Of a stretch of 64,000 nucleotides of DNA, positions 53,411 to 64,000 are shown one piece after another. The position numbers were made by a program, and so were the translations under genes. The stretch lies in contig NC_043017.1 in assembly GCF_006345805.1 (NCBI RefSeq), positions 28,520,001 to 28,584,000 on the forward strand. Reading direction: 5' to 3'. Source of the DNA: Octopus sinensis (Eukaryota). The number at the start of each line of letters is the position of its first letter. The stretch's first letter is position 1. Below the pieces are notes generated by a model. It worked only from the letters and a program-made list of their open reading frames with translations. It did not search any database and was not told where the DNA came from.

Positions 53411-53599
53411 GTATACATATATACAACGGGCTTCTTTCAGTTTCCGTCTACCAAATCCACTCACAAGGCTTTGGTCGGCCCGAGGCTAAAGTAGAAAACA
53501 CTTGCCCAAGGTGCCACGCAGTGGGACTGAACCCGGAACCATGTGGTTGGTAAGCAAGCTACTTACCACACAACCACTCCAGCATCTTATCAAAATTAT
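53411..53599 (-). other. Locally templated insertion (SINE 5' half plus unique flank copied from ~54333-54530)
   Basis: 16-bp duplication AATAGAGCAAAACATT at 53395-53410 and 53600-53615; shares flank AGCATCTTATCAAAA and variant GGCTAAAGTAG with the 54.4-kb copy. Confidence 0.8.
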
Positions 53600-54106
53600 A
53601 ATAGAGCAAAACATTATCTAATCCATTTTATTACCAAAGAATTAGAATTTTGTGGAAGAGTTTCACTGACCGATTTGAACCTCATGTCCTTGAATAAATG
53701 GAAATTGAACAACTACGATTAAGGGTCAACTCCAATGAAGAAATATTCAAACAAACCAATTTCCAAAAATGCAGAAGATTCAATAGAAAAAAAAACTGTG
53801 ATTGGAATATTGCCAAAATTTAGAGTTGATAAGGAGTCGAGACAAAATGCTCTACAGCGTTTCCTCTGTCCTCACGTTCTGAGTTCAAGTCTCACCTAGG
53901 CCGAGTTTGCATTTCATCCCTTCGTATGGCAGAATCGTCAGCACACTGAGCGAAATGCTCAGCGGCAATTCGTCCATTTTCATGTCTTGAGTGGTCGATA
54001 AAAAAAGTACCTGTTGAGTACTGGTGTCTAGGTAATCGATTTAATCACTCCCCCTAAACTTCCGGCCTTGTGTCAAAATCTGAAACCAATATAGAGAGTT
54101 AGTATA

Positions 54107-54510
54107 CTCTCTCTTTACTCTTTTACTTGTTTCAGTAATTAGACTGCGGCCACGCTGGAGCACCGTCTTTAATCGAGCAACTCGACCCCGGGACTTATTC
54201 TTTTGTAAGCCCAGTACTTATTCTATCGGTCTCTTTTGCCGAACCGATAAGTAACGGGGACATAAACACACCAGCATCGGTTGTCAAGCAATGCTAGGGG
54301 GACAAACACAGACACACAAACACACACAGGCATATATACATATACACGACGGGCTTCTTTCAGTTTCCGTCTACCAAATCCACTCACAAGGCTTTGGTCG
54401 GCCCGAGGCTAAAGTAGAAGACACTTGTCCAAGGTGCCACGCAGTGAGACTGAACCCGGAACCATGTGGTTGGTAAGCAAGCTACTTACCACACAGCCAC
54501 TCCTGCGCCT
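54107..54510 (-). mobile_element. CORE-like SINE, full length
   Basis: Homologous to 11827-12275. Confidence 0.9.
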
Positions 54511-55500
54511 AGCATCTTATCAAAAATATTAATATGATATTTTGCTGCAATGTCAAACAAATAAGAATTCTCACTCAAAAAATCCATTTAAAATTTAGTT
54601 GAAACAAACACGATATAGCCCAAGGAATCTCCATATTTCAATAATTTTGCATATCATGCAAATAGTATAACCTATTTGAAATAAACTTCTAAATTTTTTT
54701 CAACGTCTTTGCTATTTTTGTTTTAACGCGTAGACCGCAGGAGAATAATGTGTTTAAACGTATCTTTGTTATAAGTAGACAATGTTTAATAGAGCGTGGC
54801 AGATACATGTGAATAGAATAAAGTTGCTCAAAAATCTAGCAATAGACATTACTATATTTATTGCCCGCAAACAATGGGGTGAAATATATAGGTTTATTTA
54901 CAATCAATAAAAAAAGAAATTCATGCAATTACAGAATAATTATTTGTGCGAAGGAGTACATGGCCAATATTTATTAAGGTTCATATTACATGAAACAAAA
55001 CAAGGTAAAAAGAGTAAAAAATAAAGCAATCTTTTGTGACTTAATGTGCATTTAAAACAGGTACTGCTTGGGACAATATAAGCAGCGATACAGAAAGACA
55101 AATTCAAAATGAAAGGAATCTTTGAATACACCGTGAATAATGAAACAGTTCTCAACATAGTTTAGGATGTCAATGCTAATATGTATAGATGTTTGCTGAA
55201 AGGTTTTCGAAACAAGTGAAAATAAAAACAAACAAAAAAAAACTAACAGAAAAAGGACAAAATAAAATATACACTGCAGAAATATCATGTAAATTCTGGT
55301 AGAGAGTGTAATTCTGTGATAGTAACCGCGCAAAGGAAATCGAGATAGAAAAATAAGATGACACAAAATTGCCGCCGGCAGTTGAAGCCATAAAACTAAA
55401 GACAGCTTCGGATGTAATAACATGATGTAAGAATACACTTCACACAAGAGGCACTGTTCTTTTAGAATATGAACCATTCTGTTTCGACATTGCAGATACC

Positions 55501-55917
55501 TATTTCTTTATTACCCACAAGGGGCTAAACACAGAGGGGACAAACAAGGACAGACATAGGTATTAAGTTGATTACATCGCGACCCCAGTGCGTAACTTGT
55601 ACTTAATTTATCGACCCCGAAAGGATGAAAGGCAAAGTCGACCTCGGCGGAATTTGAACTCGGAACGTAACGCAGACGAAATACCCATTTCTTTATTACC
55701 CACAAGGGGCTAAACATAGAAGGGACAAACAAGGACAGACATAGGTATTAAGTCAATTACATCGACCCCAGTGCGTAACTGGTACTTAATTTATCGACCC
55801 CGAAAGGATGAAAGGTAAAGTCGACCTCGGCGGAATTTGAACTCAGAACGTAACGGCAGACGAAATACCGCTAAGCATTTCGCCCGGCGTGCTAACGTTT
55901 CTGCCAGCTCGCCGCCT
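55501..55917 (-). mobile_element. Nin-domain SINE dimer (head plus two units)
   Basis: Perfect 14-bp TSD ACATTGCAGATACC at 55487-55500 and 55918-55931. Confidence 0.92.
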
Positions 55918-56162
55918 ACATTGCAGATACCACTTATGAAATAGTTCTTCTAAGGTTTTGGAAGAACCATTGTGTTTAGCTATATGGTAAGTGTTATACA
56001 TTACAGATGTTACATTATACGATTGTTTCGCAGGGAAATTTCTAAATGCAACCAATCGACGTATCAGAGTAATACGAAAGGAAGATGTAAGGGAATAAAT
56101 GAAGATTCTGGGGTTCATTGGTGTGTTAAACACGACCATATTCAGGTTCTTGGTGGTGATAT

Positions 56163-56730
56163 CTCTCTTGCCCAGGATATCAATCGTCTGGAAGCTGTTC
56201 AGCGACGTGCAACCAAAAGAATACCCTCCATCAGGCATTTGCCATATCCTGAACGCCTTACTTCCCTGGACATGGACACATTGAAACTCCGACGTCTGGC
56301 AGCTGACTTGGCAGACACCCATAAAATTATCAACCATCTTACAAACAATAACTCTAAGCACCTTTTCAAACACCACCTGTCTAACACCCGTGGACATGTT
56401 TACAAAGTCAGAAAACAGCACAGCTCCCATGACTTCAGGAAACATTTTTTCACGATGAGAGTTGCTGAAGCATGGAACAAATTGCCGGCATCAGTTGTTA
56501 GTTGTCGGAGCACTGCATCCTTCAAAACTTCCATGCTTCCTGAGATTCGCCAAAACTACACTTGATTTTCTCTCCTCCATACACACACAAGCATGTATCT
56601 GACTCGTACATTGTTCGCTTTCCAGACATTTCTACATTACTGCATGTACTTTATATGCACTTTCTGAAAAGTTGTGGTGCACCTGAGCACTGTATACAAT
56701 AATTTCATTATCATTATTATTATTATTATT
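56163..56730 (+). mobile_element. CR1-like LINE 3' end (ORF2 C-terminus, 3' UTR, (ATT)n tail)
   Basis: DINRLEAVQRRATKRIP..LPYPERL..TLKLRR..DL..HKII..RVAEAWNKLP. Confidence 0.9.
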
Positions 56731-57012
56731 TGGAGATGGATAGTTACAATCATAAACGTTTGTATTACCGAAAACCAAAACGTGTAAAATGGTCAATGCA
56801 ATCGTGTGCATAATCGGCTCAACTACATCAACTCTTTACTCTTTTACATGTTTCAGTCATTTGACTGCGGCCAAGCTAAGTGACGGGGACGTAAACACAC
56901 GAGCATCGGTTGTCAAGCAATGCTAGGGGTACACAAACACATACATATATATATATATATACGACAGAATGATGTTCGTGTCAATATACAGATAGACATA
57001 TATATCGCATAT

Positions 57013-57222
57013 ACTCTTTTACTTTTTTCAGTCATTTGACTGCGGCCATGCTAGATCACCGCCTTTAGTAGAGCAAATCGACCCCGGGACTTATTCCTAG
57101 TAAGCCCAGTACTTATTCTATCGGTCTCTTTTGCCGAACCGCTAAGTGACGGGGACGTAAACACACCAGCATCGGTTGTCAAGCAATGCTAGGGGTACAA
57201 ACACAGACACACAAACACATAC

Positions 57223-57262
<40 letters not shown>

Positions 57263-57410
57263 GACAGGCTTCTTTCAGTTTCCGTCTACCAAATCCACTC
57301 ACAAGGCATTGGTCGGCCCGGGGCTATAGCAGAAGACACTTGCCCAAGATGCCACGCAGTAGGACTGAATCCGGAACCATGTGGTTGGTTAGCAAGCCAC
57401 TCCTGCGCCT
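57013..57410 (-). mobile_element. CORE-like SINE (partial neighbours at 56830-56965 and 57550-57790)
   Basis: Homologous to 11827-12275. Confidence 0.88.
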
Positions 57411-58057
57411 ATACACACATTACCTGAAGTCTTTTGGGAAGGAGCTAGAATATTATATCGACCCCAGGGCTGAAGAATGAAAGGCAAAACTCGACGGAAT
57501 TTTAATTCAGAACCTAAATATACACAAAATGCAGCAAGGAAGTTTCACGTACTCTTTTACTCTTTTACTAGTTTCAGTAATTTGACTGTGGCCATGCTGG
57601 AGCACCGCCTTTAGTCGAGCAAATCGCCCCCAAGACCTATTCTTTGTAAGCCTAGTTCTAATTCTATCGGTCTCTTTCGCCGAACCGCTAAGTTACGGGA
57701 ATGGAAATATACCAGCATCGGTTGGGGGGGGGGCAAACAGAGACACGCAAACATATGCACACACACTTATATATATATATATATATATATGGTGGCTGCC
57801 CCCTCGTTATCGAGTGTGGCCATTGCACGAAGCTTGATCAATGTTGTTATCGTGCAATGCTTGTGCAAGACGATTTTTTTAAAGTGAGGAAAGGCTGTGC
57901 ACTGAGTCAATCTCACTCACTAAGCAACACCAGCCATAATCCGAAAAGAAGAACAAGTCAACATCATCGGTAACCACTCAGCCGCAGGTTTTATGTGGAA
58001 GTTATCCCAGTTACCTGGGTTACATTCTCCTAGAAGGATGCCCTTCTAAACTTACAA

Positions 58058-58092
<35 letters not shown>

Positions 58093-58318
58093 GAAATATT
58101 AAAATAACTAAGTCTCTCTAAAAGAGAACAGCGGCAGCGTTCCCGGAAAATAATAGTTATCGCCATACTAATATGGCATTCTTATAAAAAATAATAAAAA
58201 AACTGTCCGCTTATTAGCTCCATGAGGCCATCGCCTTAAGTTAGCTATTGATACACAAACTGTATCCATATAACCTTCGAACAAGGGAGGTCAGTCGCTC
58301 CACACTACTTGACCGGCA

Positions 58319-58360
58319 GCTACAGACGCGTTTCGGGGTATTGCCCCTTTTCAATGCAGC
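58319..58360 (-). ncRNA. Minimal type I hammerhead, U3-A8 core variant (inverted copy)
   Basis: Reverse complement of 58857-58898. Confidence 0.75.
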
Positions 58361-58856
58361 GTAGCCAGCCAGTAGGTGTCGCTTCCGACAATCTCTGTTC
58401 GATGGTTTTATTTACCTAGTTTCGGTGGAATACATCCACTTGTTTTCAATAATAGAAATATTAAAATAACTAAGTCTCTCTAAAAGAGAACAGCGGCAGC
58501 GTTCCCGGAAAATAATAGTTATCGCCATACTAATATGGCATTCTTATAAAAATAAGAAAAAAACTGTCCCTTGTTCGAAGGTTATATGGATACAGTTTGT
58601 GTATCAAATAGCTAACTTAAGGCGATGGCCTCATGGAGCTAATAAGCGGACAGTTTTTTTCTTATTTTTATAAGAATGCCATATTAGTATGGCGATAACT
58701 ATTATTTTCCGGGAATGCTGCCGCTGTTCTCTTTTAGAGAGACTTAGTTATTTTAATATTTCTATTATTGAAAACAAGTGGATGTATTCCACCGAAACTA
58801 GATAAATAAAACCATCGAACAGAGATTGTCGGAAGCGACACCTACTGGCTGGCTAC

Positions 58857-58898
58857 GCTGCATTGAAAAGGGGCAATACCCCGAAACGCGTCTGTAGC
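58857..58898 (+). ncRNA. Minimal type I hammerhead, U3-A8 core variant
   Basis: GCTGCA-TTGAAAA-GGGG-caata-CCCC-GAAA-CGCG-TC-TGTAGC; palindromic ACGCGT stem III. Confidence 0.75.
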
Positions 58899-59069
58899 TG
58901 CCGGTCAAGTAGTGTGGAGCGACTGACCTCCCTTGTTCGAAGGTTATATGGATACAGTTTGTGTATCAAATAGCTAACTTAAGGCGATGGCCTCATGGAG
59001 CTAATAAGCGGACAGTTTTTTTATTATTTTTATAAGAATGCCATATTAGTATGGCGATAACTATCATTA

Positions 59070-59100
<31 letters not shown>

Positions 59101-59127
59101 AATATATATATATATATACACATATAT

Positions 59128-59290
59128 ACGACGGGCTTCTATCAGTTTCGGTCTACCAAATCCACTCACGAGGCTTTGGTCAGCCCGAGGCTATAGTAGA
59201 AGACACTTGCCGAAGGTGCCACGCAGCGGGACTGAATCCGGAACCATGTGACTCGTAAGCAAGCTACTTACCACACTGCCACTCCTACTT
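59128..59290 (-). mobile_element. CORE-like SINE 5' half
   Basis: Head region; its 3' half is probably 57550-57790, separated by insertions into the internal (TA)n. Confidence 0.75.
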
Positions 59291-59780
59291 ATCACACAGC
59301 CATTCTACATGTTGACGATTCTGCCAGCTAAACACCTTACAATACACAGGAGTGCAATTTTGAACATAATTTCTGTTGAGTTTCTGTTACATATCATTTA
59401 GGCTAAAACCAGAATTCTGATTTCGAAATTACAGTCGGTTTTCTTACATCAAGTCAATTGTTTTCTGTACAGCTCGATGGATTAAATGCCGATTTTGTCT
59501 GGTGTGCTAACGACCCTGTCTGGTCACGGCCGTAAAATTCGGCGCTTGTAACAAAATCCGAAAATGAACCAACTGTAGTTGGGAATTACCGATTCATTGT
59601 AAGTTTAGATATTTTAAAGAAATAATTGCCAAATGTCGTTTCTGCAAAAGAATACAACCCGCACTTTAAAATTGGCAATGGAGTAAATTTCGTTGCTCTG
59701 GTTGCATCATCTGTCTCTTGTCTACATTAATATGGATCTCGTGAGCACATATTAATGACAATAAAGAAAAATTCGTATAC

Positions 59781-59967
59781 AGGCGCAGGAGTGGCTGTGT
59801 GGTAAGTAGCTTGCTAACCAGCCACTTGGTTCCGGATTCAGTCCCACTGCGTGGCAACTTGGGCAAGTGTCTTCTGCTATAGCCCCGGGCCAATCAATGC
59901 CTTGTGAGTGGATTTGGTAGACGGAAACTGAAAGAAGCCTGTCGTATATATGTGTATATATGTGTAT

Positions 59968-60009
<42 letters not shown>

Positions 60010-60237
60010 ATGTATGAGTTTGTGTGTCTGTCTTTGTCCCCCTAGCATTGCTTGACAACCGATGCTGGTCTGTTTATGTCCCCGTCACTTAGCGGTTCGG
60101 CAAAAGAGACCGATAGAATAAGTACTGGGCTTAGAAAGAATAAGTCCCGGGGTCGATTTGCTCGACTAAAGGTGGTGCTCCAGCATGACCGCAGTCAAAT
60201 GACTGAAACAAGTAAAAGAGTAAGGAGTAAAAGAGTA
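59781..60237 (+). mobile_element. CORE-like SINE, full length
   Basis: Homologous to 11827-12275. Confidence 0.9.
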
Positions 60238-60603
60238 TGATATAGAGTATTAGTAGACGTTTTGGTATGATTTCCAGCATAATTGGTCATTACTCTCAAG
60301 CCTTCAAACGAATTATATGGAGAATCAGTATATTTTATTATAATAATTTGAACGAGTACATGATATAAACACCACTAAATGTAAGATAGTATCCAAAGAA
60401 AGTTAAAAAGTATATGAAAATATATCAATTATCCGTTTGACGGAGACGAAACGGAAATCATCTTAAGGTTGTCTAATGTTGATTATGCGAACAGTATTTC
60501 ACGTCGAGAGCCGAGAATCACCTTAAGTTTCTTAAGACAAACACTGAGACATTAAATCCGTAAGCTATTGACATATAGTGTTTACCTTCCTTTTATATAT
60601 TTA

Positions 60604-61002
60604 CTAGCAGTATCGCCCGGCGTTGCTCGGGTTTGAAAGGGAAATAACTATATAAGCATTTTTAGAGACGTAAAGTATAATAGCCATCTCAATATGGCTA
60701 ACCACAAAGGTGGGTGGGGGGGGTTACTGTAGCGTTTTACGTTCTGAGATTTAATAATAAATTTTTAGAGAGTTACTTCCCTTATATATGCCAAAAATGC
60801 ATTAAAAATGGGAAAAATTGATGGTAAATTTTTGTTTTAATCGTAGACTCATCGTAGACACGCGCTAATACCCAGAAGGGCTCGATATGAATCACAACTA
60901 TAAGATACCAGGTTTTGGTTAAACTGCACCGCAAAATGTGGGAGTAGTTAGGAATCTAAATCGTAGGAGACAGACACACAACTTCACTTTTATATATAAA
61001 GA
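60604..61002 (-). mobile_element. Non-autonomous Helitron (H1)
   Basis: Reverse-complement homolog of 15277-15669. Confidence 0.85.
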
Positions 61003-61029
61003 TTTGAGTCATTCTAGTCATCTCACTAA

Positions 61030-61082
61030 TCTTTTATTTATTTCAGCTATTTGACTGCGCTCATTCTGGAGCACCACCTTTT
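61030..61082 (-). mobile_element. Isolated SINE/LINE 3' recognition tail
   Basis: GGTGGTGCTCCAGAATGAGCGCAGTCAAATAGCTGAAATAAATAAAAGA versus SINE tail GGCGGTGCTCCAGCATGGCCGCAGTCAAATGACTGAAACAAGTAAAAGA. Confidence 0.75.
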
Positions 61083-61092
61083 TTTCTCTTAT

Positions 61093-61281
61093 ATGGGCTG
61101 AATCCTGGAATCACTGCAATACCAGGCCAACCCGTGGCAAAGGCTGAACAAGCCCCTAATACTTCGCCTCGTTCTCAAAATCAATTTAATATCGATGGCC
61201 CTAAATAGGGACCGTATCAGATATTAAGCTCATAAGAACAGATACTACACTTTGATCTTAGCCAAAAGGCCGGGAGGTGGT
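61093..61281 (-). pseudogene. U2: Full-length U2 snRNA copy, probably a pseudogene/retrocopy
   Basis: CGGCCTTTTGGCTAAGATCAAAGTGTAGTATCTGTTCTT (branch-point recognition), Sm-like GATTTTGAG, stem-loop IV CCTGG-TATTGCAGTGATT-CCAGG; ~189 nt; substitutions at the 5' end and in stem IIa. Confidence 0.9.
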
Positions 61282-61794
61282 ATATGTTTAATATACATAT
61301 GTACACTAATTATGCTTATAATGATAGTGTGTTAATTGACTGAGTCTCTGCTTTCCTTGGCTAAGTCCTGCGAATGCACCTTTTCCCTCCTTTATTCTTT
61401 ATTGAAACCAAAATAAAAGTACGATGATAAATGTTCTTATTCCGTCTTTCATTCTGTTAGTCCTTCGCTGCAGTCAGGGCTGGAGCGACATTCGCTCAAC
61501 CAGATTTATATATTTAAGACCGTCTTATGTCATGACACTGTTCCCACGACTCCATTGGGATTTCTGTACTCAAATCCAAGCAGGGCAATTTCCTATTTAC
61601 ATTTCGACCCGTTTTGTCTATATCAATCATTAGCTTCCTTCTTTTTCGTTATTACATGTTTTCTATTATTTTAAAATTTGGATAAAACTAGCAATTATAT
61701 TCATAAACAAATTATAATGATACACTTATGCTCTAAGAACCTATACTGCTCTGCTTGATACAATAATATATACATACATACATACATACATATG

Positions 61795-61825
<31 letters not shown>

Positions 61826-61948
61826 ATACATACATATATATACATACACATACATATATATACATACACATACATATATATACATACACATACATACATA
61901 TACATACATACATATACATACACACATATATATATATATATATATATA

Positions 61949-62313
61949 CTAGCAGTATCGCCCGGCGTTGCTCGGGTTTGTAAGGGAAATAACTATAAAG
62001 CATTTTTAGAGAGTTATAGCCAAAATATAGCAAAAAAATGGGAAAAAAATGATGGTAAATTTTTTGAGAGTTAAAAAGGTGGAGTTGCGTCCCCTAGACA
62101 GTCTGTGGTTTGTGTTTCTGATTCTCGACCCCATGTCGAATTTATCGATTTTTTTCAGAACTGGGGTAACTTTTCAAAATTTTCGCTGCGTTAGTTTTGA
62201 ATTATGACATTGGGCTATGTGTGTGTCAAGTTTCATTAGAATCGGTTGAAAGCCGTGGTCAGAGTGAGGGTACAACCAAACAGACACACAGAAACACACA
62301 CAGACAAACTGCC

Positions 62314-62320
<7 letters not shown>
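61949..62320 (-). mobile_element. Non-autonomous Helitron (H2)
   Basis: Reverse-complement homolog of 31782-32156. Confidence 0.85.
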
Positions 62321-62357
<37 letters not shown>

Positions 62358-62362
62358 TAAGT

Positions 62363-62393
<31 letters not shown>

Positions 62394-62677
62394 TATAAAT
62401 GTACTTTCTGCAGATGAGCTAAAACAGTCATAGATATCATACCATTTAGATAACGTCTCTGATAACTCAAAATTCCATTGATTGTCCTTAACCCAACAAA
62501 TACCGAAATAGCAAAGGTATGCAGAGTAGATATATAATGGTGCGCACTTGATTGAATGAACTCAAATGACGTTATTCAACTATGAAAGCCACCTCAATAA
62601 TAAGAGTCACAATTTTCAGTGATGACCCAGTTAATGGATATCATGTCTCAGCTAAATGGTACATGTAAGAAAGAGAG

Positions 62678-62967
62678 AATACCAAACGAGTTCCCTATGG
62701 ATACCGTATTTATTACAAGCCACGAGTTATAATAAATACGGTATCCATAGGGAATTAGTTTGGTATTTTATTTATTACACACGAATAAACGACCATATTT
62801 TATTAACCCAATAACTAAATTCTTCACGTTTAGTTGTAACTTATGAATGACAAAAGGAGTGCCGTCACCGTGACCTCGGGTCATCACCATGAATTGACCA
62901 ATCAGAAGAAGCGCTGTCACCGTGACCTCGGGTCCTCACCATGGATTGACCAATCAGAAGCAGCGCT
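62678..62967. repeat. 38-bp inverted repeat plus two 52-bp direct repeats containing CCAAT boxes; probable non-autonomous DNA element
   Basis: Arms 62678-62715 and 62730-62767; GTCACCGTGACCTCGGGTC..TTGACCAATCAGAAG at 62864 and 62916. Confidence 0.65.
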
Positions 62968-63524
62968 CGCAGTATCTGACATATGTTAGATACCAAAAAT
63001 ATCTCATAGTGTTCTCACTCACATTTGTGTAATATGTCAAACTCATATTGCGAAAATAACCAACATATATTTATAATTATACACCGAATCATATAAAACA
63101 AGATGTTTAGTGTCAGGCATGGCTTTCTGGTTAAGAAGCTTGATTTGCAAACATGTGGTTTCGGGTTCAATCCAACTGCGCGATAAAAATAAGGCTAAGA
63201 ATAAAGATAAGACTAATAGTGATTAAAACCGGAGGGTGAATGAATGATAAGTCTATTAAGAATAAAGAAATGGAATATTTTAAAGTGATCAATTTTGTTG
63301 TGAATTGTAAAAAGATGAGCGATGGAGTCTCTACTGATTCGAAGTCACCTATTCACACATGGTATGGTGTTTGTGTGTGTATATATATATTTGTATGTAT
63401 ATATGTATATTCACCAAAACAAAAATTAACGCTATTACAGATCTCAAAGGAAAACAAACACAAAGTAAAAATGAACTCATAGGCATTCCTTTTGTTATCA
63501 CCCACAAGAAAAGAAATGGATTGA

Positions 63525-63910
63525 TGGAAGCACTCCGTCGGTTACGACGATGAGGGTTCCGGTTGATCCGAATCAACGGAACAGTCTGCTCGTGAAATTA
63601 ACGTGTAAGTGGCTGAGCACTCCACAGACACGTGCATCCTTAACGTAGTTCTCGGGGATATTCAGCGTGACACAGAGAGTGACAAGGCCGGCCCCTTGAA
63701 ATACAGGTACAACAGAAACAGGAGGTAAGAGTGAGAGAAAGTTGTGGTGAAAGAGTACAGCAGGGATCACCACCATCCCCTGTCGGAGCGTCGTGGAGCT
63801 TTTAGGTGTTTTCGCTCAATAAACACTCACAACACCCGGTCTGGGAATCGAAACCACGATCCTATGACCGCGAGTCCGCTGCCCTAACTACTGGGCCATT
63901 GCGCCTCCAC
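63525..63910 (-). mobile_element. OR1-like SINE
   Basis: Homologous to 2681-3065; TSD CACAAGAAAAGAAA. Confidence 0.9.
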
Positions 63911-64000
63911 ACAAGAAAAGAAAAGAAATATTGACTTCATCAATATTGCAAAAAATATCTCCCAGTTCTGACATAATCATCAAAAATGAACAAACTAATA

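Larger units (their letters stand above)
58088..59063. mobile_element. Hammerhead-bearing Penelope-like/retrozyme-type element: two oppositely oriented ~1.35-mers of a 362-bp unit in (TA)n
   Basis: TAATAGAAAT at 58088 and 58450; CCCTTGTTCG at 58568 and 58930; inversion point ~58568; (TA)n on both flanks. Confidence 0.85.

Noticed and set aside
55972-56565. 197-aa ORF as a gene
   Set aside because: Chance fusion of flank with a 5'-truncated LINE ORF2 end
62864-62875. TCACCGTGAC resembling an snRNA PSE for the U2 copy
   Set aside because: 1.6 kb away and not at the required position about 55 bp upstream of the start

Overview
AT-rich eukaryotic, non-genic or intronic DNA, almost certainly from an octopus (coleoid cephalopod). 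The taxon is inferred from recognisable tRNA-derived SINE families and extreme microsatellite density. No host protein-coding gene can be supported; nearly all listed ORFs are microsatellite or SINE read-throughs. The window is a mosaic of about 35 SINE copies (four head/core types), non-autonomous Helitrons, one Helentron-type element, decayed Tc1 and mariner transposases, CR1/L2-group LINE 3' ends, a Penelope-like ORF remnant and a 100-N gap. Three signals stand out. (1) At least four unrelated (TA)n-associated elements carry type I hammerhead ribozymes; one has a fully intact core and one has a compensatory U3-A8 core inside a circularly permuted 362-bp unit. (2) A Nin-domain SINE forms head-to-tail multimers at four independent loci with the same junction, each array flanked by one target-site duplication (clear at 55.5 kb, degenerate or short elsewhere). 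(3) A full-length U2 snRNA copy is fused to the LINE-recognition tail used by the dominant SINE. All calls were made by eye; no searches or folding programs were run.
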